Shown piece by piece: positions 8,910 to 17,645 of a stretch of DNA of 64,000 nt (the stretch's first letter is position 1; each line of letters begins with the position of its first letter). Under the pieces are notes generated by a model. The model saw only the letters and a program-made list of their open reading frames with translations, did not search any database and was not told the origin of the DNA. Origin of the DNA: Desulfobacca acetoxidans (GTDB lineage: Bacteria > Desulfobacterota > Desulfobaccia > Desulfobaccales > 0-14-0-80-60-11). The stretch lies in the NCBI GenBank assembly GCA_020722205.1, contig DYLF01000003.1, forward strand, positions 3,891-67,890, written 5' to 3'. The position numbers and the translations under genes were made by a program.

Positions 8910-9653
8910 TTATCCTGTCAGGAGTCGGGCCGCCAGTTTGGGATCGCCTAGATAAGCTTCGATCACCGCCAAGTTGTTTGCTACTTCCTGGGGTGAGCCA
9001 TCGGCGATGATTTGTCCATAATCCAGAACCAGGATGCGCTCAGAGATGTTCATCACGGCCTGCATGACATGTTCGATCATGATGATGGTGACGCCGGTAT
9101 CCCGGATGCGGCGGATGGTGTCCAACATGGCGGCGATTTCCGAAGGATTAAGGCCGGCCAGGACTTCATCCAGCAAGAGCAGGTAAGGCTGGGCGGCCAC
9201 GGCGCGGGCCAGTTCCAGACGCTTTTTTTCGGCGACGTTCAGGCTGCCCGCCGGGAGCGCGGAGTGACGGACAAGGCCCACCTGCTGTAAAACCTCCCTG
9301 GCAACTTGGGCGGCCTGGTGAAGAGAGTAACAGTGTCGTCCGAAGCAGGAGCCCACCATGACATTTTCTAATACTGTGAGGTCGGCTAAGGGGCGCACGA
9401 CCTGGTAGGTGCGGGCCAGCCCCCGGCGGGCCACCTCATAGGGCGGCAGGCCGGTGATATCCTCGCCTCGCAAAGTAACCCGTCCCTGATCCGGCGGAAA
9501 CACCCCGTTGATGACATTAAACAGGGTGGTCTTACCCGCGCCATTGGGACCAATAAGCCCCAGGATTTGCCCTTCCGGCAGAGTGAACGAGACATGGTTG
9601 AGGGCTTGCAGGCCGCCGAAGAGTTTGGTGACGTCTTTCACCTCCAGGATCAT
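8910..9653 (-). CDS. livG: Branched-chain amino acid ABC transporter ATP-binding protein (LivG type)
   Basis: 'GPNGAGKTTLFN' and 'LLLLDEVLAGLNP'. It overlaps livM by 4 nt. Confidence 0.85.
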   Translation of the reverse strand: MILEVKDVTKLFGGLQALNHVSFTLPEGQILGLIGPNGAGKTTLFNVINGVFPPDQGRVTLRGEDITGLPPYEVARRGLARTYQVVRPLADLTVLENVMVGSCFGRHCYSLHQAAQVAREVLQQVGLVRHSALPAGSLNVAEKKRLELARAVAAQPYLLLLDEVLAGLNPSEIAAMLDTIRRIRDTGVTIIMIEHVMQAVMNISERILVLDYGQIIADGSPQEVANNLAVIEAYLGDPKLAARLLTG

Positions 9654-10618
9654 TCCAAGAATCTCCTGAGTCCCTGGAAACGCTGGCGCAGCCAGCCGAT
9701 GGCTCCGGCAGGCAGGAAAAGCACAATGAGGAGCAGTACCAGTCCGGCGATGGCCAGATGCAGACTTTTAAACAGGGGACTGGTGAGCAGATATCCTCTA
9801 AGCCCCTGATAGGTGACGGCTCCCAACAAAGGTCCCGACACTGTGCCTTGGCCACCCAGCATGATCATCACCAGAGTTTCGATGGACATATGCAACTGAA
9901 AGGCGTCCCCCGGCTCCACGTTGCCGTTTTTAAAGAAGTAGAGAGTGCCGACAATACCAGGGAAAAAGGCGGAAATGACGAAGGCGATGGTCTTGGCTTG
10001 GGGGGCCTTGACGCCCATCACCAGGGCGGCGTCTTCATCTTCGCGGATAGCCATCAGACCCAGGCCGAAACGGGAATGTTTCACCCCATAACTGACCACG
10101 GTTACCAGCAGAATCGTCAGCCATAAACTTATGAAGGTGAGCCATAAGGCTCGACCGGCGCCCCCATAACTCTGGTAATATGAAAAATTGACAAACAAAC
10201 CCGTGGCGCCCCCGAAGGGCGAGAAGTTACTGATGAAGGCCCGGGCTGCCTCATTAATGCCGATGGTGGCCAGGGCAAAATAGGCTCCTCGCAGGCGCAG
10301 CACTGCCAGACCCAAAAGTCCCGCTACGGCGGCGGATAAGAGCCCCCCAGAGACAGCCGCAAGAGAAAGGGGCCAGCCGCGCTGGCTTAACAGGTAGAAC
10401 CCAGTGTAACCTCCCAACCCGAAAAAGACGATGTGACCGAAACTGACGTAACCGGTATAGCCCAGCAGGATGTTGAGGCTGGCGGCCAGGGTGGCGAACA
10501 TCATGAGGGTGAAGGTAACCTCCCTCATGCTATCCAGACCCGAGACCAGGATGAGCAGGCCCCAGAGGAAGACGAGGATTAATGGTATCCAGAGGCCGGG
10601 TCGGCGCCAGAGGGTCAT
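9650..10618 (-). CDS. livM: Branched-chain amino acid ABC transporter permease (LivM type)
   Basis: Polytopic protein with 'GYTGYVSFGHIVFFGLGGY', typical of LivM. Confidence 0.85.
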   Translation of the reverse strand: MTLWRRPGLWIPLILVFLWGLLILVSGLDSMREVTFTLMMFATLAASLNILLGYTGYVSFGHIVFFGLGGYTGFYLLSQRGWPLSLAAVSGGLLSAAVAGLLGLAVLRLRGAYFALATIGINEAARAFISNFSPFGGATGLFVNFSYYQSYGGAGRALWLTFISLWLTILLVTVVSYGVKHSRFGLGLMAIREDEDAALVMGVKAPQAKTIAFVISAFFPGIVGTLYFFKNGNVEPGDAFQLHMSIETLVMIMLGGQGTVSGPLLGAVTYQGLRGYLLTSPLFKSLHLAIAGLVLLLIVLFLPAGAIGWLRQRFQGLRRFLE

Positions 10619-11476
10619 TTAGCGAGCACCCAACAGGCCGGTGGGGCGCAGCACCAGAACCAGCACGAACAGAACGAATTCCACCGTCGGCACCCAGCTG
10701 ACGGGCATAAAGGTAGGAATCAGGCCCTCCAGACCGCCCAGTAGGAGGCCGCCGAGGAGGGCGCCCAGGGGATTGCCCAACCCACCCAGAACACAAATGA
10801 CAAAGGACTTTAATTCATAAGGGCCGCCGCTCAGGATGGTGAAAGGGAAAAAAGTGGCGATGAGCCCGCCGGCCACTGCCGCCAGCATGGTGCCGAGGCC
10901 GAAACTGGAGGCCAGCACCAAGGAAGTGGGGATGCCCATGAGTTCGGCCGCCGTGCGGTTGTTGGCCACCGCCCGGATGGCCTTGCCAGGACGAGAGAAA
11001 AAGAGAAAAAGATACAGCGCGACGGTGAGCAGGATGGCCGCCATAGCGGCGATGAGCCTGGTGACCGGGAAGATGACCGCTCCGATCTGCAGCGAGCCCA
11101 GGGAATAGTCAAGGTTACGCGGGGAGGTGGTAAAGATGGCGGTGCCGAGGCCGATGAAAATCATGTTGACCGCAAAAGTGGCCAACAGGGAGGAGAGGTG
11201 TGGGGCATTGATGACCCGGTGCACCGCTGCTCCATAGATCGCAGTTCCGGTCAGGAAGCCCACCACCGCCACCGCCAGGAGGGCCAGATAAGGATTCCAG
11301 GCGGTTTGGGAAAACAATAGATAGGTACCGAACATTCCCAACGCAATGACCGAACCGTGAGCCAGATTGATGACGCACATCACCCCCCAGATGAGAGACA
11401 AACCCATTGCGGCCAAGCCATAGACAAACCCCAGGAGGAGACCATCAGTAAGAGAGGCCAAGAGTTGGTTCAGCAC
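10619..11476 (-). CDS. livH: Branched-chain amino acid ABC transporter permease (LivH type)
   Basis: 'LLASLTDGLLLGFVYGLAAMGLSLIWG' is a LivH-type N-terminus. I chose GTG 11476, although the ORF stays open up to 11539. Confidence 0.8.
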   Translation of the reverse strand: MLNQLLASLTDGLLLGFVYGLAAMGLSLIWGVMCVINLAHGSVIALGMFGTYLLFSQTAWNPYLALLAVAVVGFLTGTAIYGAAVHRVINAPHLSSLLATFAVNMIFIGLGTAIFTTSPRNLDYSLGSLQIGAVIFPVTRLIAAMAAILLTVALYLFLFFSRPGKAIRAVANNRTAAELMGIPTSLVLASSFGLGTMLAAVAGGLIATFFPFTILSGGPYELKSFVICVLGGLGNPLGALLGGLLLGGLEGLIPTFMPVSWVPTVEFVLFVLVLVLRPTGLLGAR

Positions 11477-11545
11477 CAAGAAGACCTTTTCCGTATGCCT
11501 GGAGATATGGGATGTAAGCTGTGAGCAAGGCCCATGCACGGCTCA

Positions 11546-12805
11546 CTATTTGCGGTAAAGGATGGCCTCGGCGGTCTTGAAGGCCTCGGGCCAGACCAGT
11601 TTTTTTACCAGTTTCCCCTCGGAATGCCTCTGCCATTGGCTGTAAATCATATCGTGGGCGATCTGCAAGCCGTGCATCTTCTGGGTGTCAAACTTGATAC
11701 GACCATAAAAGGTCAGGATGTCCATGGCATCCAGGGCGGCCTTGACCTTGTCGGTGGTGGTGCTGCCGCTGGCCAGAATGGCTTTTTGAAGCAATAAGCC
11801 GGCGACATAGCCACCGGCGCTGTGGTAAGAGGGATCTTCTTTAAACCTCTGCTGGTAGGCTTTAATAAATTCAGGCACCCCAATCCCGAACCATTCTACG
11901 TTAAGCTTTTTAGCAGAAGCGGGGTTATAGGCGGCGGTGTGCGGTTCCCATTGGCTGGGGCCGATGACGCCCAGTGCCGCCTCACCCAACTCGGCAAATT
12001 GAGGCTCCGGCGGTGCCACCAGGAGGGCTACCATCTTGGCCTTTACCCCTTTCTCGTGCAGTTGTCGGGCTAGGGTGCTGGTGTCGGCATAATGGCCGCC
12101 TCCCAGGATGGCGTCCACTCCCGCCGGGATCTTATTGATGAAAGGGGCAAAATCGGTGGTGCCCGATTCATATCCCTCAAGCAGTGCCACCTGGCAGCCC
12201 TTGCCTTCGGCGTAAGTTCTCAGGGCGTTGACCACATCGGTGGAGAACTTATCCTTTTCATGGATGATGGCGATTTTTTTGGCCTTAGGGTCCATTTGGG
12301 CCAGCAAATCGACAGCGCCGGTAAGGTAGCGGCTGGCCGGGGTGTAAGTCTGAAAGACCAAGGTGTAGCCTTTCTTATAAGTGGAATCTGAGGCAGCGCC
12401 GGCCGTGATCATGATTTTGTTGTATTGCTGGGCGATCACCGCCGCGGCATCCGCCAAGCCACTGCTGTAGGGGCTGATGAGAAATTCTGCTTTGTCCTGA
12501 TTGATCAGCTTGGTATAAAGTTCCTGCACCCGTTCCTTTTTACTTTCGTCATCATAGAACTTGGCGGTAAATTTCACCACTGTGCCGTCCGGCAACTTGA
12601 CGCCGCCGGCGGCATTAACCTGCTCCATCCAGAGCTGTAAGCCATTGATCTGGCGCATGGCCTCCATGTTCAGCTTGCCGGTTTGGGAGGCAGTGAAGCC
12701 GATGACGACATTTTTTTCCACCGCGTTTACTATCGCCGTATCGACACCGATAATCAGGCTTATGACTCCCAAAGCGACCATCAGGAAGGGCCTCAGCGGT
12801 TTCAC
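11546..12805 (-). CDS. ABC transporter substrate-binding protein (Leu/Ile/Val-binding-protein family)
   Basis: Signal-anchor sequence followed by 'VVIGFTASQTGKL', characteristic of the type I periplasmic binding fold. GTG 12805 is preceded by AAAGGAGG with 7-nt spacing. Confidence 0.8.
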   Translation of the reverse strand: MKPLRPFLMVALGVISLIIGVDTAIVNAVEKNVVIGFTASQTGKLNMEAMRQINGLQLWMEQVNAAGGVKLPDGTVVKFTAKFYDDESKKERVQELYTKLINQDKAEFLISPYSSGLADAAAVIAQQYNKIMITAGAASDSTYKKGYTLVFQTYTPASRYLTGAVDLLAQMDPKAKKIAIIHEKDKFSTDVVNALRTYAEGKGCQVALLEGYESGTTDFAPFINKIPAGVDAILGGGHYADTSTLARQLHEKGVKAKMVALLVAPPEPQFAELGEAALGVIGPSQWEPHTAAYNPASAKKLNVEWFGIGVPEFIKAYQQRFKEDPSYHSAGGYVAGLLLQKAILASGSTTTDKVKAALDAMDILTFYGRIKFDTQKMHGLQIAHDMIYSQWQRHSEGKLVKKLVWPEAFKTAEAILYRK

Positions 12806-12893
12806 AATCTGTCCTCCTTTGAGTTTATCGGCGGCGGGTTGGCCATGAACACAATACCCGGAGTTCATACTCTGGCAAGAAAGCTATAAAAAC

Positions 12894-12922
12894 TTATAAT
12901 CCTTCAGATGAAATTTAGTCAA
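12894..12922 (-). promoter_or_regulatory. Sigma70-like promoter for the minus-strand liv operon
   Basis: On the minus strand: TTGACT, a 17-nt spacer, then TTATAA(G). It lies about 90 nt upstream of the GTG start. Confidence 0.4.
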
Positions 12923-13005
12923 GAACATAATTTTACTGTTAACGGTGGGCCGGGTGTCTTAAGCCCACCGCTTTTGCTCACTCCGGCATAAAGGGAAAAC
13001 CGATT

Positions 13006-14103
13006 ATGCCCGCCATTCGACGGATACTGGTGGAGGAGGAGGCCGCGGCCTATGAGACGAGCCAGCGGATTCTGAATCGTTTGCGCGGGATACCGGTGGA
13101 AGTTATTCCTGAGCGTGGTGTCTTAAGGGCAACCGACCGGCGGCCAGCCGCCTGGCTGGCCGAAGCCAAGAGTACTCTGCTATTGGCAGTACAAAAGGGC
13201 CCCTTTTGGCGACCCTGTCCGGGCACCAAGGGCTACATCTGCTGCGGTTATCAAGTTCTGCAAACCGCCCTCAACTGTCCTCTCGATTGCACTTACTGTA
13301 TTCTGCAAGGCTATGTCAACCTACCGGCTCTCACCATCTTTGTGAATCAGGAAGATCTCATCGCCGAGTTGAGGGGCAGATGGGCGCAAAATCCCCAACA
13401 GGTATGGCGTTTGGGGACCGGTGAATTCAACGACAGTCTGGCCCTGGATGAGCTCAGCGGCCTGCATGAACGTTTGCTTCCCCTGTTCGCCGAAAACCGA
13501 TGCGCCATCCTGGAGATCAAGAGCAAATGGTCCCGTCTGGAGCACCTTTTATCCCTGGGACCTAATTCCCAGGTAATCTTTGCCTGGTCGTTGAATCCGC
13601 CAATGGTAATCAGGCGTGAGGAGCGGGGAGCGGCTTCCTTGCTTGCCCGGCTGAGTGCGGCGCGGCAGGCAGCAGAGGCTGGTTTCCGCCTGGCCTTTCA
13701 CTTTGATCCCCTGCTCTTTTTTCCTGGTTGGCAGGAGGCTTACCGGCGCACCGTGGAGCAATTGGCCAAGGCAGTGCCGCCCCGGAAAATCGCTTGGATC
13801 AGTTTAGGCGCCTTGCGTTTTATGCCGGCTTTACGCCAGGTCATCCTGGTGCGCTTCCCCCGAAGCCGCCTGGCGGCTGAAGAAATGGTGCTCGCCCCGG
13901 ACGGCAAGCTTCGGTATTTCAAAGACTTGCGTGTGGAGATGTTCAGTCTTCTGAAAGAATGGCTGAATGAGATTCTGCCCGGGGTTTTTCTCTATTTATG
14001 CATGGAAAGCCCCCGGGTCTGGCAGGAGGTCTTCGGTTTCAGGCCAGAGGGGGGACTTTTGGCCAAACTACTGGATGAAAGGGCGATGACTAAGACGGGC
14101 TGA
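13006..14103 (+). CDS. Spore-photoproduct-lyase family radical SAM protein
   Basis: 'CPGTKGYICCGYQVL', then the radical-SAM triad 'CPLDCTYCILQGY', then 'RLGTGEFNDSLALD'. Confidence 0.75.
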   Translation: MPAIRRILVEEEAAAYETSQRILNRLRGIPVEVIPERGVLRATDRRPAAWLAEAKSTLLLAVQKGPFWRPCPGTKGYICCGYQVLQTALNCPLDCTYCILQGYVNLPALTIFVNQEDLIAELRGRWAQNPQQVWRLGTGEFNDSLALDELSGLHERLLPLFAENRCAILEIKSKWSRLEHLLSLGPNSQVIFAWSLNPPMVIRREERGAASLLARLSAARQAAEAGFRLAFHFDPLLFFPGWQEAYRRTVEQLAKAVPPRKIAWISLGALRFMPALRQVILVRFPRSRLAAEEMVLAPDGKLRYFKDLRVEMFSLLKEWLNEILPGVFLYLCMESPRVWQEVFGFRPEGGLLAKLLDERAMTKTG

Positions 14104-14126
14104 GATTTGCATCAATAAGTATGCTG

Positions 14127-14876
14127 TTAAAGGTTTGATAACCGGTTAATCCTTCGTCCACAATAATTTCCCATGGGACAGGCCTGGCAGTTTGGTTTAC
14201 GACAGTAATCCCGGCCCAACCTCACCAAGGCTGCCTCCAGGTCGACAAAATCATGACCGCCGACGGGTTGGGCCGACCATTGGGCGGTCAGAGTTTTCAG
14301 GGCTGCAACGCCATCGAGGCCGGGGGGCAGTAAAGTCAAATGTTCAGCGGCCAAATGAGCCAAGGGGCTTAAGGGTGGGGTAGCCAGGGGCCATATCCCC
14401 CTGAGTTCCCGTAGGAAAATATTGACTGTGGCCGGGCCGAGGCCAGGCGCCAGAGCCCGCAGCCGGCGCTCCAGGTCATCGTAATCTTTAGAAATTTCGG
14501 CTAATCGTTCCAACTTGCCGCCATATTGTTCCTGCAAGGAGGCCATGACCTTAAGGAGTTTGGTGGCGGTTTTATAATCATAGCGGGTGTATCCGCCCTC
14601 GTCCAAGAGGGTCACCAGGTTATCCCAGCCCTGGGCCAGGATAGCCTCTGGACTGATGATACCATGGGCTGCGAAGACTCGATATGTGCGCGCGGCTATC
14701 TGCCCGGAAATGCGGGCTCCGAATAAGATGGCTGCCAAGAACCACTTTTGCCGTTCTTCCGGGCCGGTTTCCACTCTGATGTCCAACTCGGCGGAAAACC
14801 GACCCTTAACCCGACTGAGCAGTTCAGTAGCAATAGACATGTATTTCCTTAATTCATTATATAATGTTTTAGTCAA
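14127..14876 (-). CDS. Endonuclease III-like (HhH) DNA glycosylase family protein
   Basis: HhH-like 'LRALAPGLGPATVNIFLREL' and a C-terminal Cys cluster 'CRKPNCQACPMGNYC' (FeS-loop-like). Confidence 0.6.
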   Translation of the reverse strand: MTKTLYNELRKYMSIATELLSRVKGRFSAELDIRVETGPEERQKWFLAAILFGARISGQIAARTYRVFAAHGIISPEAILAQGWDNLVTLLDEGGYTRYDYKTATKLLKVMASLQEQYGGKLERLAEISKDYDDLERRLRALAPGLGPATVNIFLRELRGIWPLATPPLSPLAHLAAEHLTLLPPGLDGVAALKTLTAQWSAQPVGGHDFVDLEAALVRLGRDYCRKPNCQACPMGNYCGRRINRLSNL

Positions 14877-14879
14877 ATA

Positions 14880-16589
14880 TTAACGTTCATAACTATTCAA
14901 TTGCAAAGTAATGGGTTTGTTATCAGCACCGGCGCCGTGGAATTGAATGGGGCCAGGGAAGCGATAGCAGTCGCCGGCGGCCCAGCGGGCTCTTTCCTGC
15001 GCCAGAATTTTAAAAGCGGGTGAGTCGAGGTCCACTCTTTGCTTTTGAATTACCAGCTGCAATCGGCCTTGGCGCTCTTCCAGGTGCATCAGGGCCGCCA
15101 GGGGAATGCCGACGGGCTGCCAAGCGGAAACCGGCTGATGCAGGTTGCGGATGGCGGCCATGTAACCTGTGGCCCCGGAAGCCAGGAGGCTTACCGCGGC
15201 AAAGCCCAGGTTATAAGCGTAATCGCAGTCGAACCGGGTGGGAAAGGTGCCGCGGCCTTCATAGCCGAAATAGTGATTCTGAGTGCGGAAGACCCCCTTG
15301 TAAATCCCCTTGGCCCGCTGCTTACGCAGGTAAGTAGCAACCATTTCCAGGAGAATGCGGTCGGTGTTGACTTGGGCATATTGAAAATTGCCATGGCTGT
15401 CTCGGGGCAAAAGGAGGCCTCGCTGAAGGATGGCAGGCAGGCCCAGGAAGACCCGGCTGTCATAGTCCCGCCAGATATCGCTGTTGTCGATCAATTGCAC
15501 CTGGTCCTCGAAGGACAGCTTGTGGAAAGACTCCTCGGGTGCGGCCTCCCGGTTATAGGCGGCGATGATGTAGCTGATCTTGATGATCAGGGCGTTGATT
15601 TCATGAATAAATTCCAGGATGCCCTCGGGGATCAGGATGGTGCCGTAGTTTTTCCCCTGCCGGGCCCGTTCCACCACCACGTCGGCGATGAGCCGCACCA
15701 CGTTATGGATGGTGAATTCCTTTTCTTCAATTTCCTCGCCGATGAGAACTACATTGGGGTGGGTCTGGAAAGACACTTCCATCACAATGTGGGAAGCGCT
15801 GCGGCCCATGAGTCGGTTGAAATGCCAGTACTTGAGGTCTGACTTGCAGTCGGCGTTGAGGTTGGCGATTTCAGTAGCATAGGCCAGACAGGCGGAATGG
15901 AAGCCAAAGGGGATTGGCAGGAGACCTGGAACCTGAAGGTCCCCGTCAATGGTCTTGGGAATGCCGATCACCTGAACGCCGACGTGCCGCAAATTCTCTG
16001 CCAGGAAGGCGGCGTTGGTATTGGAATCATCACCGCCTACCACCACCAGGCCAGACAAGCTCAGAACTTGACAGGTTTCCCGGCAGCTGGCCATCTTCTC
16101 CGGAGTGTCGATCTTTTCCCGACCGGTGCCCAGCATGTGAAAGCCGCTGGAGTTCAGGTGCTCCTTGACCATTGGCAGCGTGACTTCGGTGTAGCGCTTC
16201 ATCATGATCCCGCTGGGGCCGCCCAGGAAGCCGATGAGTTTGCTGTCAGGATGCAGCTTTCTGAGCGCCTCAAACACTCCGGCGATAACATTGTGCCCTC
16301 CCGGTGCCGGCCCGCCAGAAAGAACAATGCCGACCCGTCGGGGGTGCAGATCTTGCGGCCGATCGCCGTCCGGCACAATTTGCAACAAAGTATTTTGGCT
16401 CACAAAGGGAAGGTGCTCTTTCGCCACTTTCAGGACTTCCAAGTCAAAGCCGGGCAGCGGTCTGGTAGAAGATGATTCGACAGCTAGAGCCGGGCACAGC
16501 CGGGGTTGATAAGAGCAGCGCTCGGCTGTGAAAGGCGTCTCAGTTCGCAGGAGTTCATGGAGTTGGGCGGGAGAACGGTCATTTGCCAT
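14880..16589 (-). CDS. pfp: Pyrophosphate-dependent 6-phosphofructokinase (long form)
   Basis: 'RVGIVLSGGPAPGGHNVI', 'VVVGGDDSNTNAA', 'GIPKTIDGDL' and 'MGRSASH'. Confidence 0.85.
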   Translation of the reverse strand: MANDRSPAQLHELLRTETPFTAERCSYQPRLCPALAVESSSTRPLPGFDLEVLKVAKEHLPFVSQNTLLQIVPDGDRPQDLHPRRVGIVLSGGPAPGGHNVIAGVFEALRKLHPDSKLIGFLGGPSGIMMKRYTEVTLPMVKEHLNSSGFHMLGTGREKIDTPEKMASCRETCQVLSLSGLVVVGGDDSNTNAAFLAENLRHVGVQVIGIPKTIDGDLQVPGLLPIPFGFHSACLAYATEIANLNADCKSDLKYWHFNRLMGRSASHIVMEVSFQTHPNVVLIGEEIEEKEFTIHNVVRLIADVVVERARQGKNYGTILIPEGILEFIHEINALIIKISYIIAAYNREAAPEESFHKLSFEDQVQLIDNSDIWRDYDSRVFLGLPAILQRGLLLPRDSHGNFQYAQVNTDRILLEMVATYLRKQRAKGIYKGVFRTQNHYFGYEGRGTFPTRFDCDYAYNLGFAAVSLLASGATGYMAAIRNLHQPVSAWQPVGIPLAALMHLEERQGRLQLVIQKQRVDLDSPAFKILAQERARWAAGDCYRFPGPIQFHGAGADNKPITLQLNSYER

Positions 16590-16692
16590 GGTCTTCTTCC
16601 TTTAAAGACAATTCTTGTTTTCTATAAAAATACAGAAAATCGGGCAGGCTGGCACTACTCATCGGTAAAATTGCCAAGGACAGGCAGGGCCA

Positions 16693-16725
16693 GAAAAATG
16701 AGGAAGGCAGCCCTAAGGCCGCCTT
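16693..16725 (-). terminator. Rho-independent terminator downstream of the RRM gene
   Basis: On the minus strand: 'aaggcggcc-ttag-ggctgcctt' followed by 'cctcattttt'. Confidence 0.5.
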
Positions 16726-16794
16726 GTAGTTATCTTTCTGACCTCAGACGAGAAGTGATGGGTAAATCACTGCTGGCCTGAGGGGTCTAATGCA

Positions 16795-17082
16795 TTACCG
16801 GTAACCGCGGCCGCGGCCGCCGAAAGAGCCTTTGTGCTGCGGTCTGGCTTCATTGACGGCCAGGGGCCGTCCGTCCACAGTCCGGCCGTTGATCATGGAT
16901 ATGGCCTTCTGACCTTCCACTTTGGTTTCCATTTCGACAAAACCGAAGCCTCTGGGCTGGCCTGTTTGCCGGTCGGTGATGATTTTGGCGGAAGCGACAT
17001 GGCCGGCCTCGGTAAAAATGGCCTGGAGCTCCTCTTCAGTCATCTGGTGGGGCAGGTTGCCCACATACAATCGCATACTCAT
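16795..17082 (-). CDS. RRM (RNP-1/RNP-2) RNA-binding protein
   Basis: RNP-2 'LYVGNL' and RNP-1 'RGFGFVEM', with a Gly/Arg tail. A GAGGAG RBS is present. The gene starts 27 nt downstream of csp. Confidence 0.9.
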   Translation of the reverse strand: MSMRLYVGNLPHQMTEEELQAIFTEAGHVASAKIITDRQTGQPRGFGFVEMETKVEGQKAISMINGRTVDGRPLAVNEARPQHKGSFGGRGRGYR

Positions 17083-17109
17083 GTTTTCTCCTCTGTCAAT
17101 GCGGCGGGA

Positions 17110-17313
17110 CTACAGTTTGACCACGTTTTCGGCTTTGGCTCCCTTGGGACCCTGAACCACCTCGAACTCCACCGCTTGGTCTTCTGACAGAGAGCGGAAG
17201 CCGTCACCCAAGATGGCGCTGTGATGCACAAATACATCCGGACCATTTTCCCGGGAAATAAACCCGAAGCCTTTGGAGTCATTAAACCACTTTACTCTAC
17301 CTTGTTCCTTCAT
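17110..17313 (-). CDS. cspA: Cold-shock protein (CspA family)
   Basis: '[15 protein letters not shown]' and 'DVFVHHSAI'. The 67-aa protein starts at ATG 17313, preceded by GCAGGAGG. Confidence 0.9.
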   Translation of the reverse strand: MKEQGRVKWFNDSKGFGFISRENGPDVFVHHSAILGDGFRSLSEDQAVEFEVVQGPKGAKAENVVKL

Positions 17314-17381
17314 TCTACAAACCTCCTGCACTAAGTGCCTAAATATTCCTGCCAAAAAAGCAGGGGGCACAGCAGTCAGGC

Positions 17382-17419
17382 AAAAAAATCGGCCGGGTAT
17401 TAGCACCCCGAGCCGATTT
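17382..17419 (-). terminator. Intrinsic-terminator-like hairpin plus U7 inside the csp leader
   Basis: On the minus strand: 'aaatcggc(t)cggg-gtgctaata-cccggccgatt' followed directly by 'ttttttt'. That gives about 12 GC-rich base pairs. The 3' end of the structure lies ~69 nt upstream of the csp ATG. Confidence 0.55.
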
Positions 17420-17471
17420 CTCTCCAGGACTTATCGCCCGGCTTTCAGTCTGACATGCTAAACTTGTTATT

Positions 17472-17499
17472 ATTGTACCAGAAAAATGTTAGAAGTCAA
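17472..17499 (-). promoter_or_regulatory. Near-consensus sigma70 promoter for the csp-rbp operon
   Basis: On the minus strand: TTGACT (17499-17494), a 16-nt spacer, then TACAAT (17477-17472). An A/T-rich UP-like tract lies upstream. Confidence 0.5.
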
Positions 17500-17645
17500 A
17501 ATATTTTTTCTAGAGAGCCAGTAGTAGCCGGGTATAATTCCGGATGACCCAAAGAGGTACCCTCATATTTCCCACCATTTAAATTGGCGCTTTCCTGCTT
17601 AATCTTAAGGATAATTAAGTATTTTAGCTAAATTATGCAATGTAA

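Noticed and set aside
13006-14103. Radical SAM enzyme as a RiPP maturase
   Set aside because: The motif layout matches the SP-lyase family. There is no adjacent precursor peptide, SPASM domain or transporter/protease.
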